This document shows, piece by piece, positions 19,167 to 28,442 of a stretch of 64,000 bases of DNA. Every line of letters begins with the position of its first letter. The stretch's first letter is position 1. Below the pieces are notes generated by a model that saw only the letters and a program-made list of their open reading frames with translations, did not search any database and was not told where the DNA came from. Position numbers and translations under genes: made by a program. Source of the stretch: an uncultured Oscillospiraceae bacterium (lineage in GTDB: Bacteria > Bacillota > Clostridia > UBA1212 > UBA1255). The stretch lies in NCBI GenBank assembly GCA_902472555.1, contig CABROF010000002.1, positions 28,404-92,403 on the forward strand. Reading direction: 5' to 3'.

Positions 19167-20243
19167 ATGTTTATGCGTACGATACTGCTCTCTCATTATA
19201 AAGATTATCCGGCATCAGAAGTTGTGGATCTTATAAAGCTGCTGTATCAAAGTGAATTTGCCGGTAGTCATATGATCTCTGATGAGACGGCCAGCCTCCG
19301 CCGGCTGCAGGCTGAGATCGAACAGCTCCGGCCTGCCGATTGGGCGGGGCAGCCATTGTTTCGGGAGATTGGAAACGGATTGTGCCGGTTGAACCTCGGA
19401 CCCGCGGCAGAGGCAGGGTTGTCCGCAGAAACGATAAACCATTTATTCATCCGAGCTTCCAATCAGAAACAGGGCAGCCGGCCGGCCTTTGAAGAAAAGC
19501 TCAGGCTGCTGCAGGCCTGCTGCACGGAAGGCCTGCTCCCCTATCCCGCTGCTTTTGTGCATGAGGAAATGAGGCGCCTCCGGGAACAGGGATATCCTCC
19601 GGTTCGTCATAGCAATGCTTATCGCGCTGCCTATCATCCTGCATATCGGATTATCCAGCAGGAATATCTTACCTTTTTTTCTGTATTCTGCAGAATTGAT
19701 CAGCTGTTAAACAGCACGAACGACTCACAACGGCCTGTGACAGTTGCCATCGATGGTATGAGCGGCTCCGGAAAAAGTTATCTTGCCGCACTGCTTACCG
19801 AAATTTATGACTGCAATCTGTTTCACATGGATGATTATTTTCTGCGGCCGGAGCAGCGTACCCCGCAGCGTCTTGCGGAAATCGGCGGAAATATCGATTA
19901 TGAACGCTTTTCATCCGAAATCAGCAGCAGGCTGAAAACCGGCCGGCCCTTTACTTACCGCAAATATGACTGCGGCAATCGGCTTCTTTCAAAGCCGATT
20001 GCCGTACAACCCAAACGGCTGAATATCATAGAAGGCGTATACAGCCTGCATCCGGCAGTGCATGCCTGCGCTGATCTGAAAATATTGATCAGAACTACAG
20101 AACATACACAGATTCAAAGGATTCGTAAAAGGAGCGGCACGCACCTGCTCAAGCGCTTTCAGCAGGCCTGGATTCCTGCTGAAACTGCATATTTTACGGC
20201 ATTTCACATTGAAGAATGCTGTGATATCCGAATAATCACTTGA
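19167..20243 (+). CDS. Two-domain protein: N-terminal domain of unknown function plus C-terminal uridine kinase/phosphoribulokinase-like P-loop NTP kinase
   Basis: Walker A VAIDGMSGSGKSYLA then a DD..F acceptor region, as in the Udk/PRK family. The N-terminal ~190 aa match nothing I recognise. Confidence 0.55.
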   Translation: MFMRTILLSHYKDYPASEVVDLIKLLYQSEFAGSHMISDETASLRRLQAEIEQLRPADWAGQPLFREIGNGLCRLNLGPAAEAGLSAETINHLFIRASNQKQGSRPAFEEKLRLLQACCTEGLLPYPAAFVHEEMRRLREQGYPPVRHSNAYRAAYHPAYRIIQQEYLTFFSVFCRIDQLLNSTNDSQRPVTVAIDGMSGSGKSYLAALLTEIYDCNLFHMDDYFLRPEQRTPQRLAEIGGNIDYERFSSEISSRLKTGRPFTYRKYDCGNRLLSKPIAVQPKRLNIIEGVYSLHPAVHACADLKILIRTTEHTQIQRIRKRSGTHLLKRFQQAWIPAETAYFTAFHIEECCDIRIIT

Positions 20244-20417
20244 TCGGCCTGCGGGGCATATCTTTCTATCGTTCCTTTTGTATATGCCGGTATGATCTGG
20301 CATATTGAACCCGGGGCGCACCTATCGTTTGTTTAAAGAACGCAATAAAATGAGTCTCGCACGAAAATCCGCACAACAGCGTCGTATCCAACTTCTGGCA
20401 GGACGAACGGGCTGGAT

Positions 20418-20696
20418 TTAAAAGAAATAGATCAGCAGCAGACAGATACACAGCTGTAAAAGTATTATGAAAGGAATTCCGATCATAAATTTTGCATGCT
20501 TTGTTTTATGACGGATCAGCAGCATGCATATCAGCATGGAAGCAGAACCGCCCAGCAGCGCGGTAAAAAGCAGTGTCCGCTCCCGAATGCGATGTTTGGG
20601 CCGTTTTCTTGCGGCCCATTTATCATAACACGTCAAGGCAGCTGCCAAAACAGAAATCAGCAGGGTATAAGCAGCGATCCAAAACAGCTCTTTCAT
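20418..20696 (-). CDS. DUF1294-family small membrane protein
   Basis: 92 aa, two TM helices, CYDKWAARK...RIRERTLL motif typical of DUF1294. Confidence 0.5.
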   Translation of the reverse strand: MKELFWIAAYTLLISVLAAALTCYDKWAARKRPKHRIRERTLLFTALLGGSASMLICMLLIRHKTKHAKFMIGIPFIILLQLCICLLLIYFF

Positions 20697-21565
20697 TTTT
20701 TAAACTTTCCTAAGCTTTCCATTAAAACAGGCAAATTGCCCTCAAAATTCAGTCCGTACCGAACATCGATTCCTGCCGTACGGGTAGAGCGAATGCATGC
20801 CGCCGTAAAATCAACTGCGATTCGCAGAGCCTCCTCCATTTCCAGGTTATTCAGCAGGCCTGCCAGCAATGTGCTCGCAAACACATCCCCCGATCCATGA
20901 TAGCAGCCGGCCACTGCGCTGGAAAACGCATAGGAAAACGTATCGGTTTCGCAATGATATGCCGCCGCGCCGAGATGCGCCTGATCATAATGGACCCCTG
21001 TCAGCACCACATACCGGTTTCCGAATTCAGCAAGCCGTTTCAGCAGATCCGTAATATATTGCTCCGAATACGGTCCCGGCCGATACGGCATTCCCAGCAT
21101 GAACACGGCTTCCGTAATGTTGGGCGTAATCACATCCGCGGATCTGCAGAAATCTGCCATTCCGGCTATATAATCCTGCTGAAAGCTCTGGTATAATCTT
21201 CCGTGATCTGCCATGACCGGATCCACAAAACGCAGACAGCGCTTATCAGAAAACAGATCAAAAACCTGACGGACGATTGTCAGCTGCTCAAAAGAACCAA
21301 GAAATCCGGTATAGATCGCATCAAAGCACAAATTCAGAGACTTCCAGTGCCGCGCAATCGGCAAAATATCCGCAGTCAAATCACGATAAGTATAATTTTG
21401 AAATCCTCCGGTATGCGTAGATAAAATTGCTGTAGGCAAAATACTTGTCTCAATGCCTGCAGCAGATAAAACAGGCAGGGCCACAGTCAAAGAACACCTT
21501 CCGACACACGAGATATCATGAATCGCAGCAATATGCGGTTGTCCGGCCAAATTTTCTCCCGCCAT
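20693..21565 (-). CDS. pdxK: Pyridoxal/pyridoxamine kinase (PdxK/ThiD ribokinase-superfamily vitamin kinase)
   Basis: HIAAIHDISCVGRCSL N-terminus and HGSGDVFAS ATP-site motif characteristic of PdxK/PdxY-type kinases. Confidence 0.7.
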   Translation of the reverse strand: MAGENLAGQPHIAAIHDISCVGRCSLTVALPVLSAAGIETSILPTAILSTHTGGFQNYTYRDLTADILPIARHWKSLNLCFDAIYTGFLGSFEQLTIVRQVFDLFSDKRCLRFVDPVMADHGRLYQSFQQDYIAGMADFCRSADVITPNITEAVFMLGMPYRPGPYSEQYITDLLKRLAEFGNRYVVLTGVHYDQAHLGAAAYHCETDTFSYAFSSAVAGCYHGSGDVFASTLLAGLLNNLEMEEALRIAVDFTAACIRSTRTAGIDVRYGLNFEGNLPVLMESLGKFKK

Positions 21566-21597
21566 CTGTCACCCTCGACTTTCCTTTTGATTAAGCA

Positions 21598-21641
21598 AAA
21601 TAAAAAGAAACACAAAGCACCGATTTCTCACTGCTTTGTGT
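21598..21641 (-). terminator. Rho-independent terminator following tRNA-Leu
   Basis: 9-bp stem acacaaagc/gctttgtgt followed on the minus strand by a T-rich run. Confidence 0.5.
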
Positions 21642-21667
21642 CCGCTTCAACAGTCGTATGCGATATT

Positions 21668-21753
21668 GGTGCTGGTGACCGGACTTGAACCGGTACGGAG
21701 TTTCCCCCGAAGGATTTTAAGTCCTTTGCGTCTGCCGATTTCGCCACACCAGC
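21668..21753 (-). tRNA. tRNA-Leu (anticodon UAA), 86 nt with encoded CCA
   Basis: Folded by hand: acceptor GCTGGTG/CACCAGC, discriminator A73, anticodon stem AAGGA/TCCTT with loop CTTAAAA, long variable arm, T-loop GGTTCAAGTCC. Confidence 0.85.
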
Positions 21754-21773
21754 GCTGCAAAACGACGAGTATT

Positions 21774-21802
21774 ATCATAGCAAATCAGCCGTCAGTTGTC
21801 AA
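21774..21802 (-). promoter_or_regulatory. Consensus sigma-70 promoter for tRNA-Leu (TTGACA-N17-TATGAT)
   Basis: -35 at 21797-21802 and -10 at 21774-21779 on the minus strand, about 20 nt upstream of the tRNA 5' end. Confidence 0.6.
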
Positions 21803-21806
21803 CACT

Positions 21807-23120
21807 TTAATAACCTAAGCTTCTTAAAAAAGCGGCGCGCCCCTCCGCATACGCTGTCAGGGAAATGATCCCTGCGCTGTCTGCCTCCTTTGAAATCCCG
21901 ATATTGACACAATAACTTGTATATGGGTAAAAAGCAGACAGATCCGTTTCCACAGCAGAACCGATCTGCGCATGCAGCGCTTCCACACGTCCCGGTATTT
22001 CTTCTAAGAAGGATGTCAGTTTTTTTATGTATGATTCATACGTTGTCCGATATTCCTCTACCGCAAGCAGATTGTTTACCAAAGGGCGATCCGAAATATC
22101 GCTGATATTAAAAATCGGAGTCAGCGGAGAAAGCGTCATGCTTGCCCCCTGGTCTTTTGCATTGCCGCCAAAGGCTCGGTTATAGTCCCAGGGGATCATG
22201 GAAAAGACTCCATTATTTCCGCATAGATAAAAGTTCTCCGCATTTTTGCCGAGATATCCATTATAACAGCCCAATGCTGTATTTACAGCGATATACTTCA
22301 GCGCGCTGTCAACATCCAGCACACGCTCAATGGCCCCCTTTTCACCCGGCGGCATATGATTCAGCACGCGGATCAATTCAGCTAAATCCGTTTTGGATTC
22401 ATCCGCACCGTTTTTCTGGTCCAGCAGCGGCAGCGACTGTTCATCTTTCAGTGCGGTCCCCTGATCGGCCTTATAAAGATTCCCGTTATTATTTCCGAAT
22501 ACACGCTTTAAAAAGCTGTCGTCAACAGCCTCCAGGCAAAGATACAGCCCCTTATATTCGCCGTTTACATGAAGCTTGACATAAGTGGCAAGCGGCGCAT
22601 AGCCGCCGATATACCGGAACGCTTCATATGTCAGATACTCGCGCATATAAGAAGGATCCTTTGCCAAATTGGTCAGTACCATCTCGTCCAGGCCTTCCCA
22701 CTTTTGCTTATCCACGTACTTATCGAATTTTACTTTAAAACTATAGCGTGCCGAAGCTTCTGGCCTTGCATCGGATAAATCGGTATTGCCCATTGTCCGG
22801 AAGCCGACATTTTCTATCTCGATCCCGTCAAATGTGATATCAGCAGAGTAAAACTGTTCATTTTCAGGCGCTGCCAGAATTTCATTCCAATAGGCTTCGC
22901 TCAGCGTCACGGAGACTTCCCGGATCTCCTGTCCGTTAAAAACATCTTGATATTTTTTATTCTGCTGAACATCCAAGCCATTCGGAAAGGTAGGAGACGG
23001 CGAACCGTGCCCGGGACCGTCGGACGTGCCCGGACCTGCTCCTCCGCTGCAAGCGCTGAGTCCGGCAACTGTCATACAAATCAAAAACACAGCCATAAAA
23101 CGATACCACTTATTTTTCAT
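21807..23120 (-). CDS. CotH kinase-family protein (atypical protein kinase fold), lipoprotein
   Basis: Lipobox LSAC after the signal peptide; CotH-like core (YLTYEAFRYIG, LYKAD, FYLCGNNGVFSMIPWDYNRAF). Confidence 0.65.
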   Translation of the reverse strand: MKNKWYRFMAVFLICMTVAGLSACSGGAGPGTSDGPGHGSPSPTFPNGLDVQQNKKYQDVFNGQEIREVSVTLSEAYWNEILAAPENEQFYSADITFDGIEIENVGFRTMGNTDLSDARPEASARYSFKVKFDKYVDKQKWEGLDEMVLTNLAKDPSYMREYLTYEAFRYIGGYAPLATYVKLHVNGEYKGLYLCLEAVDDSFLKRVFGNNNGNLYKADQGTALKDEQSLPLLDQKNGADESKTDLAELIRVLNHMPPGEKGAIERVLDVDSALKYIAVNTALGCYNGYLGKNAENFYLCGNNGVFSMIPWDYNRAFGGNAKDQGASMTLSPLTPIFNISDISDRPLVNNLLAVEEYRTTYESYIKKLTSFLEEIPGRVEALHAQIGSAVETDLSAFYPYTSYCVNIGISKEADSAGIISLTAYAEGRAAFLRSLGY

Positions 23121-23216
23121 TCATTCATTCCTCCAGCGATCATCGGTTCAAATACATCATGTGATTCCGATTATACCAATATGCGCGGCCCTGCGTCAAG
23201 CAGATAAATCACCGGA

Positions 23217-23921
23217 TCATTCTTCAAAATATTTTCCCGGGAAATATTTGATGGGACGTTCCTTTGTTACGGCATGTGGATAGGTCCGCCCCTTTAAATC
23301 AATGCTTGTTTTCTTCGTCCGCACCGAGGCCATGGGCTGCAGGGAGTCCATATAGCTCTTTAAAAGGCTGATTTCATCCAAAATTTCCAGACCGGATATG
23401 ACACGTCCAAAGGCCGCATATTTTCCGTCCAGATCCGCCGCTCCCTCATCATCGAGCACGATAAAAATTTCACCTACCGCGGAATTATAATCCTCTTCCA
23501 GATAGCGCGCCATACCGACTACACCGCGTTCGAATTTTACAGTCTCTCCCGTATATCCGTTTTCTGAGAATTCTCCATCAATCATCTTCTCCTGATTTTT
23601 TGTATGGGAAAGATCTCCGATCTGTACCACTGTGTTCGGAATTACTTTGGTAACATTGATGCCGTTATAAAAATACTCATATAATAAGTCAATAAAAAAA
23701 GAAACCGTATTCGGCGCCGCCTCCGGGTAAAGTTCAATCGTCACGGTGCCGCCGATGCCGGAATAAGCCTCCGGATCAAATTCAATCGTAACCACGGGAT
23801 TGCGATCCTCCATGTTCACACACCCGGAAAGCAAGCTGCCGGATGCGATTGCAAGCACGAGAAGCACTGCAATTTTTCTGGCGAATTTCCATAAGGTCAT
23901 AATAAAAGAGTCCCCTTTCAT
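23217..23921 (-). CDS. Cyclophilin-type peptidyl-prolyl cis-trans isomerase, lipoprotein
   Basis: Signal peptide with lipobox LSGC, then a cyclophilin core (FSENGYTG..FERGVVGMAR). Start may instead be the internal ATG at 23900. Confidence 0.7.
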   Translation of the reverse strand: MKGDSFIMTLWKFARKIAVLLVLAIASGSLLSGCVNMEDRNPVVTIEFDPEAYSGIGGTVTIELYPEAAPNTVSFFIDLLYEYFYNGINVTKVIPNTVVQIGDLSHTKNQEKMIDGEFSENGYTGETVKFERGVVGMARYLEEDYNSAVGEIFIVLDDEGAADLDGKYAAFGRVISGLEILDEISLLKSYMDSLQPMASVRTKKTSIDLKGRTYPHAVTKERPIKYFPGKYFEE

Positions 23922-23938
23922 CGGTATGCCGTATCCTT

Positions 23939-24925
23939 TTATCCTACGTCGCCCTCCGGCTTGCTCAGCACAATGCTGCCCTCCTCTGAAATCCGGAGCG
24001 CAACCTTGCTTTTTTCCCGCAGACCCGCGGCAGATAAATATTCCTCCGGAATAAAAAGTCTTCTTCTGCCGTCAATAAAACCGTATTCCACATGGGATCC
24101 CTGATCATGACCCGCATATGCATCCATCATTTCCGCCGTATCGTTTACATTGATATCTTCTCTGCGGATAAACTCCGTACCGATTCGGCCGTCGCTGATG
24201 GTTACGACACGGGATACCATATGCGACAGCTGCCGATCATGTGTAACAATGACCACCGTAATCCCCATCTCTGTATTCAGCATATGGAACAATCCCATAA
24301 TTTGTGCAGTCGTTTTCGTATCCACCGCTCCGGTAGGTTCGTCTGCCAAAAGGATCGACGGATTGTTTGCCAATGCAATTGCAATTGCTACGCGCTGCTG
24401 TTCACCGCCGGACAGCTCCTGCATTTTATTATGCTTCCGATGAGAAAGCCCCACGGTTTCCAGCAGCATATGCGCACGGTTCACGTCAAGCTTATTCGCC
24501 ATCTCCATTACCAGCTTGACATTATCGATCGCGTTCAAATACGGAATCATATTCCTTGCCGTGTTCTGCCATACAAATCCTACGGTTTCCCGCATATAAT
24601 GCAGCATCTGCATATCGTCCAGCTTCAGAAGGTTGATGCCATTTACATAAATTCTGCCGGCAGTAGGACGATCCAGACCGCCGATTACATTCATCAGAGT
24701 CGATTTACCGCTGCCGCTGTTTCCGATAATCGCCACCATTTCGCCTTTTTTCACAGTAAGATCCAGTCCCTGCAGCGCCATGACCTCGATATCTCCGATC
24801 TTATAAAGCCGGATCAAATTTTCGCAATAAATAATTACATCCTCAGGCACTCTGAATTCCGGCTCATAGTCGTCCTTGCCTTCTGTGAAAGAAGCCAAAT
24901 TAAACTTTTTTCTTTTTAGCCACAT
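23939..24925 (-). CDS. ABC transporter ATP-binding protein (MacB/LolD-like) with ~100 aa C-terminal extension
   Basis: Walker A GNSGSGKST, signature LSGGEQQRVAIA, Walker B LLADEP. The extra C-terminal domain is of unknown function. Confidence 0.8.
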   Translation of the reverse strand: MWLKRKKFNLASFTEGKDDYEPEFRVPEDVIIYCENLIRLYKIGDIEVMALQGLDLTVKKGEMVAIIGNSGSGKSTLMNVIGGLDRPTAGRIYVNGINLLKLDDMQMLHYMRETVGFVWQNTARNMIPYLNAIDNVKLVMEMANKLDVNRAHMLLETVGLSHRKHNKMQELSGGEQQRVAIAIALANNPSILLADEPTGAVDTKTTAQIMGLFHMLNTEMGITVVIVTHDRQLSHMVSRVVTISDGRIGTEFIRREDINVNDTAEMMDAYAGHDQGSHVEYGFIDGRRRLFIPEEYLSAAGLREKSKVALRISEEGSIVLSKPEGDVG

Positions 24926-25619
24926 CGATAATCACCCCGTCTTCCATGGTATAAATCGTATCCGCCACATCCATGATATTTACGTCATGTGTGGTCATAA
25001 TGATCGTAAGTCCCTTTTCATCCACCAATTCCCGAAACATGTCAACAACGCGGAAGGAGGTCTTGCTGTCAAGCTCGGAAGTCGGCTCATCCGCCAGCAG
25101 CAGCATAGGTTCATGCGCCAATGCCCGGCTGATGGCTACGCGGGCCTGTTCTCCCCCGGACATCTCTGCAGGCATATGATTCCGCCGTTCCTTAATTCCC
25201 ATGCGTTCCAGCCAAGCGACTGCCTGCGACCGCCTGTCCTTTACCTTTATGCCGGCAATGGACAATGCAAATTCCACATTTTCAACAGCTGTCATCTGTG
25301 CCATCAGCGCAGTATTCTGAAAGATAATCCCAACCTTCTGCCTCCTGAGCTCATCCCGCTGCTGATCGGAAAGAAGCGTTACATCCTGATCCATAAAATA
25401 AATATGTCCCGAGGTAGGCTGGTCAATCGTACACAGCATGTTCAGCAGCGTGGTTTTTCCGGAACCAGAACGGCCGCACAGGATATTAAAAGACCCTTTT
25501 TCGATCCGGATATCCACATTGCGCACCGCATGAATGACTTCGCTTTTTCGGTAAAAATCCCGGCATACCTTTTCTGCGGCCATTAAAATTTCGCCGGAAG
25601 CAGTATCGGACATTCTCAT
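24900..25619 (-). CDS. ABC transporter ATP-binding protein (second ATPase of the same system)
   Basis: GRSGSGKTT, LSGGEQARVAIS, LLADEPTSELD. Overlaps the downstream ATPase gene by 26 nt. Confidence 0.8.
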   Translation of the reverse strand: MRMSDTASGEILMAAEKVCRDFYRKSEVIHAVRNVDIRIEKGSFNILCGRSGSGKTTLLNMLCTIDQPTSGHIYFMDQDVTLLSDQQRDELRRQKVGIIFQNTALMAQMTAVENVEFALSIAGIKVKDRRSQAVAWLERMGIKERRNHMPAEMSGGEQARVAISRALAHEPMLLLADEPTSELDSKTSFRVVDMFRELVDEKGLTIIMTTHDVNIMDVADTIYTMEDGVIIDVAKKKKV

Positions 25620-28429
25620 TCCTCCCCTATCTTGACAGCCTCATTAATCTTCAATTTATTGATAAATCCGGTAAGAACGCCGATTCCTGCCGCAAGCATA
25701 AACAGCACGATTCCGAAAATGCGAAGACTGTCCGCGCTGCTGTACACAATTCTGAGCGGCAGCACGGAGGCCTGATAGGTCATCTCAATCAGGGGAATAA
25801 AAAGCCGTACTGTCAGCATTCCGATAATCACACCCACCAAAACCGCAACGCCTGAAGTGATCAAATGCTCCCAGATCATCATCAGCGTAATTTTCCGCTT
25901 TGTCATTCCCATGGCGCGCAGCACGCCAAACTGCAGTCTCCGTTTTCGCACACTCAAAATCCAATAGAGCAAAAAGCCCAGCAGACTGATTACCATGGTA
26001 GCGACAAAGCCCAAAGAAAACGAGCCGTTCAAGGCTGTTAAAAGAGAATCGCTTTTTTCCGTATTCATGATGACGGTTCGATCCGTAATGGATGCGATCT
26101 CATCATATAAGCCCGTGGCCTGCATCGCCTCCACAATCTGACGGCTGCTGACATCCGCACTTTTCCGGAACCAAAGGCTGTATGCAACGTCATTCTGGGC
26201 GTACTGCAGATAATCCATGTTCATTACGATCAATTCCCGATCATCATCCCATTTGTTGCCGGGATCATCATAGTAGGTCGGCCAATAATCAATAATCCCC
26301 ATTACATAACAGTCGATATAAGAATTTCCGGCCTCACTTTGGATAATATGATCCCCGTCCAGATTTACCTGAACGGTATCTCCTTCTTTCAGATGCTGAC
26401 GTGAAGCAAGATTTGAGGAAATCAAAACCGCAGTTGGAAATTCCTCCATCATGTTAATATAATAATACCAATGAGATTCTGTTAAGCCGCTTCTGAGCCA
26501 TGCGACCTGCGCAAATTCATAGGGATCAATTCCCATCACACGCGTATCTACCAAATCCCATACATAATTGTACTGGCTCTTGGCACAAACACCATCCACC
26601 GTGGCCACCCGCGCGAATGATTCCAGACCGTCTATCTCTAAATAACGATCCGTATTTACCTGCTTATAGGCGGACGGTCCGTCCGCATCGGCATCGTCAA
26701 ATACAGGCTGAAAAATCAGATCCGCACCGCTGATATACAATGCAGACTCCTCCGCATTATTATTAATGATCCGTGCAGAGCTGGAGCTGTATATGCCGAT
26801 TGCCATAGAAAGAATCAAAAATAATATTAAAAATCTGTTTTCGTTTCCGCCCCGTGAAACCTGAATAAAGGTTGCATATACCGTCGGCGGTAATTTTTTC
26901 TGTGTCAAACGGAAAATCAGCTTCAGCAGATAAGGATACAGCCGAAGAAAAACCAGTCCGCAGGAAATAATAAACAGCGTGGAAATAAAATACACGATGG
27001 GGTCGATCCCGCCTGAAGTATTGGTGATTCCCAGCCGTCCGTACAGGTAAAGCAGGTAAATGGATACCGCCAGCAGAATGATATCCAGGAACAACTTTTC
27101 CCACAGGGGCTTTTTCCGTTTTCTTGCCTTCTGCTGCTTATGCTGTACAATCGTACGTTTGGTAGCCAGATAAGCGGGAATTAATACGGTAAGCATAAAT
27201 AACAGTCCGCCGGCAATCGCATACAGATATGCATCAAAGGATAATCCCACGCTGAGCTTTGTCCGATTTACAAATTCCAAAAAACCATTGGCAGAGCCGA
27301 TTCCCTGGGCCAGCAAAAGACCTAAGGGCGGGCCGATCAGAAGCGAAATCAGTACGATGATTCCGCATTCTACAACATAACGGCCGAATATCTGAACCGG
27401 ACGCGCACCGCGGCTGCGCAGAGAAGAAATTTCATTTTTATCCTCTTCTATAATCATTTTAGAAACCATGAAGATGTAAAATGCCAAAATGACCAGAACC
27501 GGCGCGTTCAGCACCCACATCGTCACCTGCATCTCTGCGCTTTTCTGGGCATACGATACGATTGTAGAACGCAGTGGAAATGCAAACTGAAATTTGCCCG
27601 GACCGAAATTTTCTAAATAGGCATAGGTTTCATTATAAAATTCAATAAACGGGGACAAATCCTCTAATTTTAGGCCGTAAAAATTGACATGATGATACCA
27701 GGAGGCCGAAGTGACATAAGTTGCATTCTGGCTGGTCAGAATATAGTCTTCAAAAGCCTCCGGATCTGCAAAAAAAGATAACGCAAACTCTTTATCCGCT
27801 TCATACCAATACGGTTCGTTTTCAGAGAGGGGCGTGTAAACGCCTACCAATCGAACCGTAAAAACAGGTGAAATCTCATCCGGCAGAGAGGAAAGACGAA
27901 AAGAATATTCTCTGCCGAGCTGTGCGGATGCGGCGTTAAAGGTTGCTGCAGAAACCATCACCTCTATAACGCCGTCGGCTGCCGTTTCACTTGGAAAGGC
28001 TCCCTCTATCAGACGTACATGCTCTTTTAAACCGGACAGGGACTCCAGCTTATACAGTGTGCTGTGCCGCAGCGCCGGTGTATTTTCATTTTTCAGTTTT
28101 TCGACTGTAAAACGTTCATAATAGGCATTATAGACAAAGCCTCTGTCCAGCAATCCCTCATGGATCTTTTTTCGGCCCTTGGAGATATGATCCATCACAT
28201 TTCTGGAAGAATAATCGTTTGTAAAGCGAATCTGCGTAAAAAATTCACCGGGGTTCTTCTGGTTGTTCTCCTGATACGCATTCAGCTCTTTATCCAGCAT
28301 TTTACGCATGGCACCATCTGTATAAATCGGTATGCTGGTCAAAATCGTAGTGATTAAAAGGGACCCGATGATCAGGCAGGTAAACAGCCATAAATTATTT
28401 GTAATCTTATTCAGTACAGACTTAATCAT
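25616..28429 (-). CDS. ABC transporter permease, FtsX/MacB-like with two FtsX domains (937 aa)
   Basis: N-terminal TM, large extracytoplasmic domain, two 4-TM FtsX-like modules. Overlaps the ATPase start by 4 nt. Confidence 0.75.
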   Translation of the reverse strand: MIKSVLNKITNNLWLFTCLIIGSLLITTILTSIPIYTDGAMRKMLDKELNAYQENNQKNPGEFFTQIRFTNDYSSRNVMDHISKGRKKIHEGLLDRGFVYNAYYERFTVEKLKNENTPALRHSTLYKLESLSGLKEHVRLIEGAFPSETAADGVIEVMVSAATFNAASAQLGREYSFRLSSLPDEISPVFTVRLVGVYTPLSENEPYWYEADKEFALSFFADPEAFEDYILTSQNATYVTSASWYHHVNFYGLKLEDLSPFIEFYNETYAYLENFGPGKFQFAFPLRSTIVSYAQKSAEMQVTMWVLNAPVLVILAFYIFMVSKMIIEEDKNEISSLRSRGARPVQIFGRYVVECGIIVLISLLIGPPLGLLLAQGIGSANGFLEFVNRTKLSVGLSFDAYLYAIAGGLLFMLTVLIPAYLATKRTIVQHKQQKARKRKKPLWEKLFLDIILLAVSIYLLYLYGRLGITNTSGGIDPIVYFISTLFIISCGLVFLRLYPYLLKLIFRLTQKKLPPTVYATFIQVSRGGNENRFLILFLILSMAIGIYSSSSARIINNNAEESALYISGADLIFQPVFDDADADGPSAYKQVNTDRYLEIDGLESFARVATVDGVCAKSQYNYVWDLVDTRVMGIDPYEFAQVAWLRSGLTESHWYYYINMMEEFPTAVLISSNLASRQHLKEGDTVQVNLDGDHIIQSEAGNSYIDCYVMGIIDYWPTYYDDPGNKWDDDRELIVMNMDYLQYAQNDVAYSLWFRKSADVSSRQIVEAMQATGLYDEIASITDRTVIMNTEKSDSLLTALNGSFSLGFVATMVISLLGFLLYWILSVRKRRLQFGVLRAMGMTKRKITLMMIWEHLITSGVAVLVGVIIGMLTVRLFIPLIEMTYQASVLPLRIVYSSADSLRIFGIVLFMLAAGIGVLTGFINKLKINEAVKIGEE

Positions 28430-28442
28430 AGCAAGCCACCGC

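Noticed and set aside
24092-25586. Two + strand ORFs (275 and 236 aa) antisense to the ABC ATPase genes
   Set aside because: Both are antisense to well-supported Walker A / signature motif genes. They have no RBS and no recognisable domains.
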